Assembly: GCA_964187785.1 (NCBI GenBank)
Contig: OZ076415.1
Span: forward strand, 67,146,001 to 67,210,000
Source: Amphiscolops sp. MND2022
Lineage: Eukaryota
DNA length: 64,000 nt
Reading direction: 5' to 3'
Of this stretch, positions 49,301 to 63,596 are shown in pieces (within the stretch, counting starts at the first letter, position 1; each line of letters starts with the position of its first letter). A program made the position numbers and the translations under genes. Below the pieces are notes generated by a model. It searched no databases. It was not told where the DNA came from and worked only from the letters and a program-made list of their open reading frames with translations.

Positions 49301-51553
49301 AAATAATATAGCAACAACTCTAAATAATGTTTGATCGGATTTTTTGATGGCGCAGAGCTCATCACGAAAAGTAGCCGCAATATTAAATTCAACGAGACTA
49401 GTTATCCAGGTAAAACAAATTCTGCAAACACTGAAAGTGACAGTGATATTTTCATTGAACTCAACGAAAGGGGGAGTGAAAGAGAGTTGCGAAACATGGA
49501 ATCAGTCGCCGATACAAACTTGATCAGCTATGTGAATGAGTTGTAAAACGGTGACTCAGGCGGTAATCCATAAAAATTGGTCACAGAAAGATCAGACGAG
49601 CGTAAAACACAAAATCCACCGCATAGGTTGCCTAAGCATACTACGACTTGATACGCACGAAAAAATAAGGCGCCTAACAGATACATCCCAGGTTTCAGCA
49701 GCAATTTGTCTTACAATTTATGTTCGTCTGAGTTCGATGAAATTGAAACGCTCGCATGCCATAGTGACTATGTTGATCATGAGTTACCGGAAAGCGTAGA
49801 AGAAGCGCTTTCTTCTCCAGAATGGTATCGTGCGATGAAAGCGGAATACAAATCTTTACAAAAAAATGAAGTGTGGCAACTTGTTGAAATGCCCGAAAGA
49901 AAAGACCTCGTAACCGGTAAATGACATTTTGCACCTAAGCGAAACAGTGAAGGAGAAATTATTAATCACAAAGCAAGATACGTAGCTAGAGGATTCGAAC
50001 AAAAACAAGGTGTTGACTACAATCAAACTTATATTCCGATTGTGAGAATAGTAACACTTCGAGTTTTGCCGAGTTTGGCAATTCAGAAAGAAATGAAGTT
50101 GAATCAGTTAGACATAAAAACCGCTTACTTGAACGCAGGTATAGGGGCCATCAGATATTAGATAAGCCACCAGGATTCGTTGAGAAAACTACCAACATCA
50201 AAACTATGTTTCTAGAAAGATGAAATCACTTTTTTGATTGAAACAATGGGGTCGCAATTGGTTCAATACACTTAGAGATTTTTTGCTTGAGGGATCGAAT
50301 TGGTCATAATGACTGAATGATGCTCTAGCAAGTTGGATGGATTATAAATTCTACTGTAGTGACAAAGACAAATTTTACGAAACGTTTGAGAAAACACTGA
50401 GCCAAAAGTTTTTGATCAGTGAAGTAGATGACTTGAACTAGTTCTTAGAAATGCAAATAAAACGTGAAAAAGGCAGCCTAGAAATTTCCCTAGAAATCTA
50501 CATCGAAAAATTACTTGAAAATTTTGGAATGAAAGATGCCAAAGGACATTTCACGCCTGTTGCTGAACAGCAACAAATCAGTAAGTCAGACTGTCCTGAC
50601 GAAGGCAGCCAAGAACAAAAGGAGATGAAAAATTGTAATTTTCAGGGAAAAATTGATTGCTTGAATTACATAGCGAACACGACAAGACCTTATTTAACTT
50701 TCGCTATGAAAGCCCCACACCGTTATGTTAAAAATCCGGGCCGTAAACATTACAAGGAAATCAGGTTACAAGGAACACTTATCTTGATGTATCTGAAGGC
50801 AACAAAGTGTATGAAACTGACATAGATAAAATCCGAAAAACTCGAGCTCACAGGTTTCAGTGATGCCGATTGAGCAGGAAAGTTAGATGATAGGAAGTCC
50901 ATCAGTGGCTTTTACTTCTTTTTAAACTCAGCGTCAGGAGCAATTAGTTGGAGTTCTAAGTTAGAGACAACGGTAGCGACTTCAACAGCTGAGGCAGGAG
51001 CAATGTCGTTATTTGCAGCTTCTCAAAAACTTGAGTTTCTACGAGGACTACCAAACGAGATAGGAATAGATACGGAAAAGTCTACTAAGATACACGTAGG
51101 CAATCAGGCTTGTATCGGATAACCAAAAATACAGTGAACTCTCAGAAAATGAAGCATTTTGCAATAAAGTTGGGCTTCATTCAAGAAAAAATAGAATTGC
51201 GACGTTTGGAAATTGAGTTTGGTCCAAACAGTGAATTGATTGTTGACTTGCTAACTAAACCGTTGGAAAAGTTACGGTTGAAATCTTCATCAAAAGACTC
51301 TCCAGAGAAAATAACTTGTAATCGAGCTCCGAATATAAAGAAGTCATAGCATGTTTCGAAGCTAGAAACAAGTTTCTCAATTTGTATGAACAACTCCAGT
51401 TAGAACAAGTCACGCTTTTTCATATTCCAGCGGAAGATAATCAATAACTTCTGATGTTTATTTTGTAAATCCCTTTTGTGTTAACGTCTCTGAATTCAGT
51501 TGAATTGATACCACCAACTATTCGTCTCACTCAGCCTCAAAGATCAAAAGTCA
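46396..51553 (+). mobile_element. Degenerate Ty1/Copia element (element 4)
   Basis: Diverged ~220-bp LTRs (~46396-46621, ~51334-51553), GGTTATGCGGCC PBS-like site. Gag, knuckles, LWHERLAH, IN, RT (KARYVARGF), RH (FSDAD) in Copia order with many stops and frameshifts. Confidence 0.88.
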
Positions 51554-54050
51554 AGATATGCGACATTTTAAATATTTTTTTTCCAAACATAAATTCCCTC
51601 CCTCGATATTCAGCAGAAACCAGAAACAACAACGTTCTGCGAGCATAGATTTTCAATTTTAGTTTTTTTGGCATTGTGCGACTGACCAATGTTTGGAAAA
51701 AAATTTGGAAAACCTTCACAATTTTTTGTTTTTCGGTGTTTCCGGTAAAGGGAACTAGATTCTAGAGTCTTGAGGGTCACCTTTTTGTTACCTTTCGATC
51801 CTGTGGAATAGATGAGTTTTCTTAATGAATATGGAAAGTACCTTTTTCAGCCTTTCTCGACTCTCTGCGTATATTTTCCCGAAACTTTCATTCGGTCAAA
51901 GAGTACCCACCTCACTTTCATAGCTGATTTCCGGAAAAAGGACAAAACAATAACTTTCAAAATTGATTTTTTTGTTTCCAGTTGGGGAAAATGGTTTCCA
52001 AATCTTATGCGTATCCCTCGGGATATTTTCCGGCACCGAGAAATTGGTAAAAGTTCGAAAATAGTGCCCTCTGCATGTTCAAGAAACTTGGGTGGTGCGC
52101 CGACTTGGGCCGGTCTCGGCTTGTTTCTACTTGTCTCTTATGCCTGATTCTTATTTTGAGAACATTTTCAAGACAATAGTGAGACTTTTTGATGAACCAG
52201 ACTCTAACGAAAAACAATGTTTGAGAAGCAGATGAACATTTAGCGTAGTTCCAATTGACGTAGGTTGGAAAACCGCCAGGAGAAAACGCATTTAAACTGG
52301 CACATCAAAAAGAAGCTCAGCAATGAAACCTCACCAAAATGAAGATCACCAAAAAAACTCCTCGAAAAGAAGCCAAACAAAAAGTTCTAAATGCTGCAAA
52401 CTCATATGCAGAATAAAAATTGCAGGAATCTTTCGATATTCAAAATGATTTCTTGAAAAAAAACGTTGGTAAGTTATGAGCATACTAACTATATTCAATA
52501 TTCACTATTTTCAAACTTTACAAATTTATTCTATGGTATATTTGATGCCAATGTCCTAACTCCATCTGATGGTCGCATCTTGCTTTGCCAATTTCTGGTC
52601 TTCTGAAGACTACAAATAGTATGAATGAAAGGATTAAATTAGTTTAATGTAATACGATCTGCATTTTCCATTAAAATTTAACCAAAGCACAATTGAAAAG
52701 TAGGCAAACAATGTTTAATAAATCTCTTTGTTCGAAAAACTCTTAAAAAGCCAGCCTGCAGGTACAGTCCTGTGATAAAGAATGGAACACCTAATTTTTC
52801 TCTCGAAAACTAATGGAAACTAATAATATTCAAGAGAAAAAAGTTGATAAAAGTTTCTCGAAAATTAATTTAGCTTACATTCGTGTTTGTTTGAAACTTC
52901 TATGACAAATATTGGGGAAATTAGCTCTCTTGATGGCAGCATGAACAATATGAAAAAGTAAGTAATGACCAGCTTCCGCTCTTAATTTAGTCTCTGCAAC
53001 GGAATTTCCAAAGTTCTTTATGTAAAAATATTTTTTAAAAACTTGTCTCATCTTAGTTTTAAGGCTTTTAAAATTAGAGGAATGTAAACTAGACAAAAAT
53101 TCAATAAACTTTTGTTTCTATCAAATATATATATTTTTAAAAAAATTGACAGTTTTTGAGAAATTCGCAAACTCAAGAGGCGTTCCAAACTTAATTACCA
53201 AACAGGGGTTTCATACTTTTATCACAGGACTGTAGTGATAGTAATACATTGACGTAGACTGTGCCCAATTGTTGTTCGTTGTTTGTTCACACCCGTGTTG
53301 ATGCAGGAGTGAACAAAACAAGCGTAATAAACTATTAGTTAGTGCTAGTGATTGGCAGCCACATGTCCTCATTCCAGACATCCGGAAAAGGAAATGAGCC
53401 GGACTACGGTAGAGGGATACCTTGCGCCCATTGGAGGTACGGAATTGACTATATACAGTGTTTTGAACTTGCAAGTTGCATACACAGTGTTTGAGTGGAC
53501 TTGTAGGTTTTTGAATGCTTCAAAAATGTATTTCCAATGAAAAATCTTTTTTTACAAAGGCTTTTTAAATGTTTGGGAGAGATGTTTTCTTGAGAAACTC
53601 ATGCGAAAACGTTGGTTGCCTTTGAACTAAAACTTCGGTGTGTTGGTGAAATTGGAATATCGAGAAACGAGCTTAAACTAAGAACAATTTTATTAAACAT
53701 ATTATTTTTTTGAAACCTATGCCATTCAAAAATGGTGAAAGTTTCAATTATAGAGGATATTCGAAAAATTCGTATAAGTTCAAAAGAAAAAAGGTATCCC
53801 TCTAGTGGTCAAAATTGAGTCACAAATGTCCGAGTTTGCATCAATGGTAAAAAAAGGGGATTAGGGAACAGTTTGCATTTGTAGGGAATTTGGATTGTGT
53901 CAGTTTTGATGAAGTCAATTTCTGATTTTATTATGTTTGTTTTTTTCTTTGTTTGTTTGTTTGTGGTCAACTAAGGAGATGAATATTTCGCCATTAAGGC
54001 CATCTCGTTTGTTGGAAGGTGAGAATTGACTCGACGTTTCCTAATTCATG

Positions 54051-54136
54051 ATTGGCAGCTGAACAGACTGTCTGTGATGACGTCACTGAGCATGACGTCA
54101 TTCCTTCTACCGCCCTCCTTTCTTGCTAGGGGGCGC
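54051..54136. promoter_or_regulatory. Promoter-like motif cluster
   Basis: ATTGG (CCAAT) at 54051, two TGACGTCA palindromes (54078, 54093), CTAGGGGGCGC (CTCF-like) at 54126, locally GC-rich. Confidence 0.4.
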
Positions 54137-55494
54137 TGGGGTACCGTTGGCGAACACACTGCCATTCAGAAGACTGCCGGTTGGAGCTGAAACGAATCAA
54201 CCGATCATAAATCACAAAATATATTTTAAAGTTTCAACAAATTTGAATTAAATCTTAGAATGAGTTTTTAGACTGAAAAACTTGCAAATGTGAGAATTCA
54301 AAATTTCGAATTCGAATATCATGTAAAAACTCCAGAAGTAATTTGCGGAAACATATTGACCCTCGATTCTTTTCATTGTTTTCGGTCCAGAACAAAAGGC
54401 TAAAATTTTCAACATTCGTTTTTCTCTGGTTTAGAAATGTAAAAACTAACGAAGCAAATAGCGTTTAATCTATCGCAGAAAAATCGGTATAAAAATTTGA
54501 AATCAATCTTTTGAACTTCAACCATTAAAAACTTCCGATTTCAAGAGTTCGATTTCAAGTGCAATCCTTTATATTAACAATTATGAGAAGTCTTGTTTCG
54601 GAAAATTCATGATCATGCTCAAAAATAACTTTGATGTCAGAAGGAACTTTTGAAGCGTGGATTATTGACCAAAGGACACCTTTAAAAGGCAAAAATGACA
54701 GAATAATCAGCGAATTTTACAACCGATACGGTATGCGGAAAGTGGTCGAAAATATTGCGCCGAATACAAGTTGTCAAAAAAAGAGTGGAAAACTGGCAAA
54801 AGCTAAATCGACTATTAATTAGGAGCGAACTCTTCGATTAGGTAGATTTCCAATGAGATGTTGGCGATTTCCTAGATTCCTGTGTAACTTCATCGATGAT
54901 TTTTGGGGTAGCGTCGTTGATTAGTTTCGAGTACGCCGGACTGTGGAGGCCTTCTGCCTGCAATAGGTCCAGTGAACAAACAGCTCGTGAAAAACAGTCA
55001 AAATCATTCCACAAAACCGGATTCTACGATACTTATCTAAGATATCTAAGATACTTACACGCAGCTGGGTATGAAGGAACAGAACTCTTGATAGTGACAA
55101 GTTGACACCAAAATATATGACGGATTTTCACTCAATTTAACATGTCTTTATCCCCTTAAACTTGAAAAGACCCTTTTTCATTTGCACTGACCTTTTTTCG
55201 AACACTGTGTAAATACAATACTGAGTTCACAGCGTTTGTACTGATTTACCGAAAAGACAACGTGATGATTTTACGTGGCAGCGGCATGATGCTTGCTTTT
55301 CCGCGGTTTTGGTAACCTAACGTTATGATGAAACACGACAATTTCAGCATTCAGGCAACGTCTCAAAACAGTACAAGTTGGTCATACTATACACGTTTTT
55401 TAGTCGGCGCTTTTCGTAGGCTATAATAGCACATTGGCTTTTTTAAGACCAACGAAGAGACAGATTTTACAAGCTTTATAAGCTGTAACGTATA

Positions 55495-55733
55495 CCGGAT
55501 ATAACGTTCTTTGGAGAATTTTCAAAGCTAAAAAATTGCTAAGGAGTCCCTGTCGACAACATCGAAACCCATGCCGGATTTACCGCAAACCGGATATAAC
55601 GAATTCCGGATATAACGTATACCGGATATAACGTTTTAGATTTTTTTAAATGTTACAAAAGGGTCGCCCTTTGGATTTTTTGGAGCAAACCCGATTTAAC
55701 GCAAACCGGACATAACGGATTCTGGATATAACA
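55495..55733 (+). repeat. Cluster of CCGGATATAACG 12-mers
   Basis: Exact copies at 55495, 55590, 55606, 55622 plus variants near 55707-55731. Confidence 0.8.
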
Positions 55734-56799
55734 TTTCTTCGTGTAATTTTTGGCACTGTGAAAAAGATGAAAATTTAACAAGACGCCCGCGGACCAGCGG
55801 GATATTTTCCGCCCCAAATCATTTGAGCAACAAAATCGTTTTAAGTCCAAAAATCTTTAAAATACATATCGCATGGAACTAAATTTATGTCAGTTGAATT
55901 CTGTGAATGTACTTCTTCATATTACGTAAACAATAATTCTTGGCAAATTTTGTAAAAAAACCGTTTGATTTAAATATTTCCCTTTCCTATATGAAATAGG
56001 GGCGGAAAATAACAATTTTGCATTTAAATAACTTTACCCTTTTGACCCTTGAGCGGGGCGCCGACTTGGGCCGTTCCCAGCTTGTTCAATATTTATTACA
56101 ATCAGATGATTTACGAATATCACGAAAACGACCAATCATAGAGTTAATTTAGAACTGCTGATGCCATGTTGCTTGGAAACTTGTAGAAATACGTTGTTGC
56201 TAATTTGGTCTTTCCATGGTAGTGACGGCATTGTGCATGATGAAGGTAAACATGGCATATCGTCTCAAGTCGGCGCTTAAAGCTCACGAAAAAGTGTCGA
56301 AACTCTCAAACGCTGGCTTTCGTGCTCGCAAAGCGCTCCAAAAGTTCAAATATAGCGTACTGGGCCACATGGGAGAGTTGTTTTTCGAACATTGGCATTC
56401 TCCTTAGTAAAGCGCAATTTGCTTGGTTATAACATCAAAATTCCGATATAGCGCAGTAAAACGCAACTTTTTTGGATAACATCAAAAAATCAGAAAGTAC
56501 TGAAAATTATTATTGATGTATATATTGAGAAACCCTAATATCAGACAAAAATAAAAATTTTGAAAACTGCTGCCGAAAATGTAAAATGGGCCATTTGGGC
56601 TTTTTAACATCGATTTTCTTGCAGAATATTAAAAAACTGAATGGAGGACCCTTTGAGACATTTGAAAACTTTCGAAAAAAGTCTCAGTGCCAGAAACTGA
56701 AAAAGATGACCCTTTCGTCTAGCTCTTTTTTTAGTCAGCGCTTTTCTTAAGTCACTCGTTTTTTTTAAATTTTTTTTTATTTAAGACAGACTCGAAGCG

Positions 56800-57800
56800 A
56801 CGAACGTTAACGTTCAGTATCTTCAACTAAACGAATACCCCGGAAACGCATCTAAGTTATTCCGAAGGGTCCCCCCTTTGGTTTTTTACTTTTTATTTAC
56901 TTTTTCAAGGAAACCCACAAAACCGGACGTGCCTAAAGGGTCCCCCTTTGGATTTTTTTCGGCACTGTGCGACTTTTTTTCGAAAATTTTTTAATGTCTC
57001 CAAAGGGTCCCCCCTTCGAGGTTTTTGATATTTTGCAACGGATTGTATGTTAATAAATCCAGAAGGGTCCCCCTTTTACATTTTTCGGCACTATGCGACT
57101 TTTTTTTGAAAGAAAAATTTTTTTCAAAAATTTCAAGTTTTTTTTCCAAAAAATTGTTTTGCGCTTTTTGAGCCTTAGATATGGCGCTGACTTTAGACGT
57201 TCTCGTCTTGTTGTATGTTGCGTTAAAAAAGGAAAAAAAACGAGAGACCTTTTGCACCAGTTTAGATGCGTTTCCTAGGCGTTTGTTTGAATGAACAAAC
57301 TGAACAAAAAAGTGTTTACTTCAGAGTATCTTGGGGAAAAAACTGGGCACTGCAATAGCAGCCGTGCACTTTTCTCCTTACGGAAAACGCCGACTAAAAA
57401 AGATTATAATCTTATCTTCGAAAATCTGCAAAAGTGGAATGTCTTTTCCAATTGTAAATCTTTTTAGTCGGCGCTTTTATTAATAGAAAAGCCCGACTAT
57501 TACAGTCACTCGATTTTTTTCTTTGAGACAGACTCGAAATTAACGTTCAACTACTAATTCCAGTACTACTAAAATACTGGCAGCGCATTTAAGATACTGC
57601 AAAGGGCCCCCCCTTTCAGTTAGTCCATTTTTATCGTAACCTACAAAACCCGCCGAGACTAAAGGGTCCCTTTTGATTTTTTCGGCACTGTGCGCCTTTT
57701 TTTCGAAAATTTTTTAATGTCTCAAAGGGTCCAAAAAAAATGTTTTGCGCTTTTTGAGCCTTAGATATAGCGCCGACTTTAGACGTTCTCGTCTTGTTCT
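56800..57800 (+). repeat. Two tandem copies of the AAAGGGTCCCCC repeat family
   Basis: Repeated AAAGGGTCCCC and TTTTTCGGCACTGTGCGAC blocks, each copy ending in the shared terminal motif. Confidence 0.7.
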
Positions 57801-57910
57801 AGCTTCCTGTTAATTACTTTCTTACTAAGAGAATGTAAAAATACTTATATGCTTACTTAAACCAGAGCCGCATGTGCGGTAAAGGAGTCGGCTTAGGTCT
57901 TTTTTTCTGA

Positions 57911-58420
57911 AGTCGAAAAATGGCCCTTTTTTGACCATTTTTGGGCTAATTTTGGCTATGTTTCTCACATCCCAGCCATACGATTTTGATGCCATTGCAC
58001 ATATAGGACTCTAATATGGTGTAGAATATCTGTAGAAAATTTCGTTCGAATCGTATGGACAGTTTTTGAGAAAATCGAAAAAAGTCGAAAAATGGCTGTT
58101 TTTTGGCCATTTTTGGGCTAATTTTGGCATTGTTTCTCACATCCCAGCCATACGATTTTGATGCCATTGCACATATAGGACTCTAATAAGGTGTAGAATA
58201 ACTGTAGAAAATTTCGTTCGAATCGTATGGACAGTTTTTGAGAAAATCGAAAAAAGTCGAAAAATGGCTGTTTTTTGGCCATTTTTGGGCTAATTTTGGC
58301 TATGTTTCTCACATCCCAGCCATACGATTTTGATGCCTTTGCACACGCAGGGGCCCCTTTGGGTGTAGAATGACTGTGCAAAATTTCGTGAAAATCGTAT
58401 GGACAGTTTTTGAGAAATTT
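57911..58420 (+). repeat. 172-bp tandem repeat, ~3 copies
   Basis: Units start at 57911, 58083 and 58255 (AGTCGAAAAATGG...). Confidence 0.9.
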
Positions 58421-61400
58421 GAAATTTTCATGAAAAGGTCGGGAGAAAAAAAAAACAACACGATTGCATAAGTAGTCGAAAATTTTTTCCGACTCCTAAA
58501 AAATGTAAAATGTAAAAAAAACAGACAAAAAAGAGAGTTGAATGTGTCGAGATCAAAGTCCACGGATCTTCTAACAGATAGAACAACCAGCCTAGGAGGT
58601 AACGTGCATCAAATCCGGAAAGCGCAAGTTTTAACAAAATTCATGATAATTCTGTCCAATCCTTCAAGAAAGACACACTAGACAACATTACTGAATGGAT
58701 GGTTGTAGGCATCTTATCACACATACAGTAAAGATCATTGCGAACCCACAAGTACTAGCGTTTCAAATCATTCAGCTGCAAAAAATGGGAACAGCATAAA
58801 TTGGCACCCAGATTAAAACTCAACAAGTTTTTATGACACTACTCGCCTAGCCAGTAGTCTCTTGAAGATACTAAGAGGCCTAACTTTTAGACAATAGCTA
58901 CGAACCTCGCAGTTCCGAACAACCAGAAAGAGACAATCAACGTCAAAAACTCTTCTCTAAGTGAAAACATCAAAACGATAAACGGGGGACATTAGCAAAC
59001 TGTTCGAAAAAATTGTTCCAAAAAAGCTGTAAGTTGTTGCAAAACACAAACGGGGCCTATTGATTCAGCCCGTTTTTTGTGTAATTCAGCCCGTTTTTAG
59101 TCAGCGCTTTTCGGAAGAAAAAGTGCCCGGATCTTACAGTGAGATCTTCCCACTTGAAGTTTTTTGCAGGATGACATTAATCACTGAAAAAGGTCTCTCA
59201 AGTCCAAAGGACGTTCTTTTCATTTTTCAGAATTTTCATGAAATCAACTTTTTGGCATATTTTAAAGGCTGCGTTTTTGAGCTGTAAGCAAGGCGCCGAC
59301 TTGTGAAACCTTCGTATCTGGTGCAGTGCATCAATCCTTTATTTGGTCGTTATTTTGAAAAGGTACAATTTTGTACCCTTAATTATTCAAAGTTACAGTT
59401 GTTTCATTTGCCGTTTCAACCGAAACAAAGATTGGAACGAAAAAGTAGAAAATTCTCAACTAAACTTTGATCTAGTGCACCAAGATACCGTGAGTCAATC
59501 TTTGACTCAAACTGTCATGTTATTGCTTTATAATTACCACGAGTATCTGGTAAAATTTCTTGATCATATTATAACTCTAGTTCACACATTTTAGAGTAAC
59601 TTTCATTCAACAGAATACTGGGCTTAACATTTCAGTTTCAAATGCATAGTTTATTGACATTATCCGCCAACTGGGCATCTTGATAGCTTAGCCCTTAGAA
59701 ATTCACCGTCTTCTTATGTTCATCACTTGGCTTTTAGCTGACGTAATTAAGGTTATAACCAAAATTATGAGCAAATATTTAGATTTCTGGATTGATATTG
59801 AGATTGGAGTCTTCAAAACCAGTTCCGCCATTTAAGGGCTTTTTCAAACGACATTAAAGCAGAGTTTGATTTTCGAGTTCTCAACTTATTCAACGTGTGT
59901 GTGGATGCTTTTGTCTCCCAACTTACCATGTTACAAGGTTAATAAAATAGCATTATTGCAAACTCTTTGTACAAATAGAATCCACTGTCCGAAAATTTGG
60001 TTTCAACTAAACAGTTCTGCGCGTCAACTCAAACTTTCCAAATTATACGGTTTGGGTAAAATAAAAACGTGTTGCACTTTTTAAAACTTATCAAGTCATC
60101 GAGAGAAATTTAGTGACATGATTTTTCAGTCCACGGTTTTTGCAAGAAAGTGTCCGTTTCTTACAGCGTCAACAACTTTGTCAGATGACAGACCCCGACG
60201 ATTGGTCTAATTGCAGATTTTACCACCAACAGCTAAAGTGTACCTGAAAAGACCAGAAGTCCCTCTCGAATAGTTTAAACTTTCTCTTCAAAGTCGGAAC
60301 TACGAGACTAACGGATCCCCTTTGAATAATTCTTGGCACTGTATTACCTCCCGGAAATTACTCACTTCAACAAAGGCTTCATCGTTTTCGTTTTTTTTTC
60401 ACGTTTTCAGGTGAAGGTTTTTGAGCCCAAATGATTCCTCTTTGGATACTTTTGACCCTCATAAACTTGTCTTTAGTGTATTTGAAGCGCTTTTTGGGCC
60501 TTGAACGAGGCACGGACTTAATTTCATTTTCCATAGCTTCGTTCGAAATTTCGGGGTGTCCTCAGCATGTACCTGAAACATGCGGAGGACAACATTGCGT
60601 TGCAACAACGAAAGAACCGCATTGCAACATTTGAATTATTGTCTTCAAACTCGTCTCCAGTTCAGCTTAGTTGTTCATTCAGTAGGTGAACTTTCCAGTT
60701 AGCCTGACACTTTAGTTTATGGAGTTTGTCAGTTGATTAGAACAAGATATGAACTAGAGGATATTAAGGAATTTGTTTGAATCAGTTTAACCCATGCTTG
60801 TTCGATTCAGCAAGCGTTCTTGATTGCCATGCTTTTGGAAATTAGGAGACAAATACACGGTTGGTCGGTTGGTTAGTTTCAATTCACGAAGAAGAACATA
60901 CATGTTTTATAGCTGGATTTTGAATGAGTCACACAAAGCATGCGTAGTTCATTTCCCGCTTCTCAAACTAGTTTCCGGTCAAATAAAGGTTTCATAGTTG
61001 CCTTTATCGGTTGTTTTGAGATCTAACGTACGCTCAGACATTAATAAAAGCGGCGTTTTTGATGGTCTCGTTGGTAAACCTTTTCATTCATCTTAGAATA
61101 GATTTCCTGGTTCCTGATTTTATTGGTTTATGCTTTAATTAATGCTTTCAAGTAACTGTTAGATTCCCTAAAAATTAAGGTCGGGAAAAACTTAAGGTCA
61201 GGTTGTATAACTAGGAATTTAATGTCAATCTTGGATACGTGAAGGTCAAGGATACCTCAATGTAAATGAGCTTTGTTTATGAGCTCAATGTTTATGAGCT
61301 TTGACCGGAGTTTCATAATTTGAATTACTCACACGAAAAACTTTTCACAATGAAAACACGCATGCTCAAAATTTTACGCTTTTCTCTCCGTTGCACAGGC

Positions 61401-63049
61401 CAAGAGGCGATGAGTTAATCCAATTTCAACAATATTTTTTGAGACACCCGCAGATCATCTGGATATTTTCCAGCACCAATATTTTCAAGACTGGAGAGAG
61501 TAGCCAATAAATTCATGCCAACAGGAACGCCGGTCGAGATCATTTCTCCACTACCATATGAAACAATTTCAAGTTTTGGAATTTCAAGAAAAATATTAGA
61601 TTAGGCCTGCAATTGAGAAAGTCCGATGTAAGCGTCCGATGTAGTTCTAGATTTTGCACATCCAATTGAATTTTCCAAAACCTGTTGTGTTGAATTTCAA
61701 AATCATTCATCGAATTGAAAGGTTATTTTGAAAGTTTTCACAGCCATTTCACTTCGTAACCTCGCGTAACTATTGCGAACTATGCGAAACTACGATCCCG
61801 TTATTTCCCGTTTCTTGGGTTATTTTTTAGTTTCAGCTGACTCACGTGCATTGCCCACTCTGGTAAATTATATGATTGGTTGGTAGATTAAAAGGTGAAA
61901 TTAGGAAAAACTGAATTATAATATATAAATCAATCTCCATACGCAGAACAGAAAGGAGTAGAGTAGGAGCAAGATAAAGGAGCAACAGGATAAATACAAT
62001 ACGATACAAGTACAAGTTATGATTCTTCTCCTCCTGAATTATAATAACTTCTAGCCTTCTCACTTACAAACTTATCAAAAACACAATCAAATCATTTCTT
62101 ATGGCGTAATTCGAACTCAAAACTATCCACTCATCATATTTTTCAAAAACAGTGGTCTAATATTTCAAACCTTGAAGCTTGGATTTTTAACTCTTTTTGG
62201 AGGTAGACCATAAGCATGGTTGCAAATATTTCACTAAGAATTTGTAGATTTGAGTAGAGCTAGAAATACAAGGGCGCATTGTTCTGATTCTGCTGACTGA
62301 CCCGATTCGGCGAGGTCAGACCACCACATCATTTGAGGTCAAAGAATCCGATGTCACATTATGATGATGAATGAAAGATACCAAACAGTGAAATTGACAC
62401 TTGGATGCTCAACATTTTACAAATTGAGTTTTCAGTGAAATAGATAAATTTTCTTTATCTGCGGCTATTTCTTCAAATATTCTTTCATTTCTCGAAATAA
62501 GCAGGAGTGTAAGAAATGGCACAATATATTTCCGCACTTTGCGAAAAACAAAATTGAAGTAAATTGGAACTATGATCTCAAAAACTTGGACACAATTGAA
62601 ACATGATTTTCTCACACACCCTGTTTATCTCAATTTGATAATGCAAAAGGCTGCTTATTCATAATTTATAACGCACTTGACGAAATTGGACACAATGACT
62701 TCAAATGGAACTATCCCCTGTCACGTGAAACGCGACAAAATCGTAGAATAAACCTTACAAAACAGCGCCCAGGAATTTGAAACGAAATTTGCCCCGCTAA
62801 GCACTGGCATATTTTTCACCTTGAACTATTTCAGGAACAGGCTCAAAAATTTACCAAAAAAGTCTAGAAATTGAAATTTCATTTGGCAATTTTTAATATT
62901 TTTGCCCATTTTTTTGTTTTTAAACTCTGAATATACTTATTCTGTCCTATTAGTTTGGCAAAAATCGCGGATGAAAATGATTCTCCGCTATTCCTTATAT
63001 AAAATATGGGCCAAAATGATTGTTCTCAATTTCATCACCTGTTCTTCAG

Positions 63050-63180
63050 TCGGCGGGGGGGGGGAGTCCATGAATATTAGAGATGGTTATGACGTCATTG
63101 CATCAGCAGAAGAAGCAAAGGCAAGGGTGCTAAATACCATTAGACTGATACCATCAGACTCAACTGCTCAAGCAACTAAA
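63050..63180 (+). CDS. Candidate host exon, product unknown
   Basis: Acceptor TTCTTCAG, open GC-richer frame GESMNIRDGYDVIASAEEAKARVLNTIRLIP, donor GTATT followed by a T-rich intron. Confidence 0.4.
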
Positions 63181-63596
63181 GTATTATTTTTTTATTTTTT
63201 CAACTTTTTGAAAATCGAGAAAAAGTGCACATTTGATGAAATTTCGTCATAATTTACAATTTCTAACTTTCGTAATTTTTTCGCCAAAAATTCTTAACAT
63301 TTTTGAAAACTATAAAAAAAATCGAAGAAACTTTCCGAGCTGACAATTTACAATTTTTTGTTTTCCCTGCAGTTTTCAAGATATTTGGATTTGAAAATGA
63401 CAATTTTCAGCAACGGAGTTGCGATATTTTAGCACGCTACTGTACAGTAGAGTGATATCAGTCCAACAGTGAAGATATAGTCAAATAGAAGACAATAGTC
63501 GTCGTGATAAATGAATGATTTCATCACAAATAGAATTTATAAATGTAACAAGTTATTCACAATAAATTAAGTCCACTTGTAGGTAAGTTGCCATCA

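Noticed and set aside
46393-51558. AGATA as the TSD of the Copia element
   Set aside because: LTR homology overlaps the left copy and the LTR starts are degenerate, so the boundary cannot be fixed.
57911-58420. CRISPR-like array
   Set aside because: Contiguous 172-bp units without unique spacers, no cas genes, eukaryotic context.
56216-61560. Protein-like stretches at ~56216-56407, ~60430-60630 and ~61420-61560
   Set aside because: Short, interrupted by stops, with no convincing splice pairs or family motifs.
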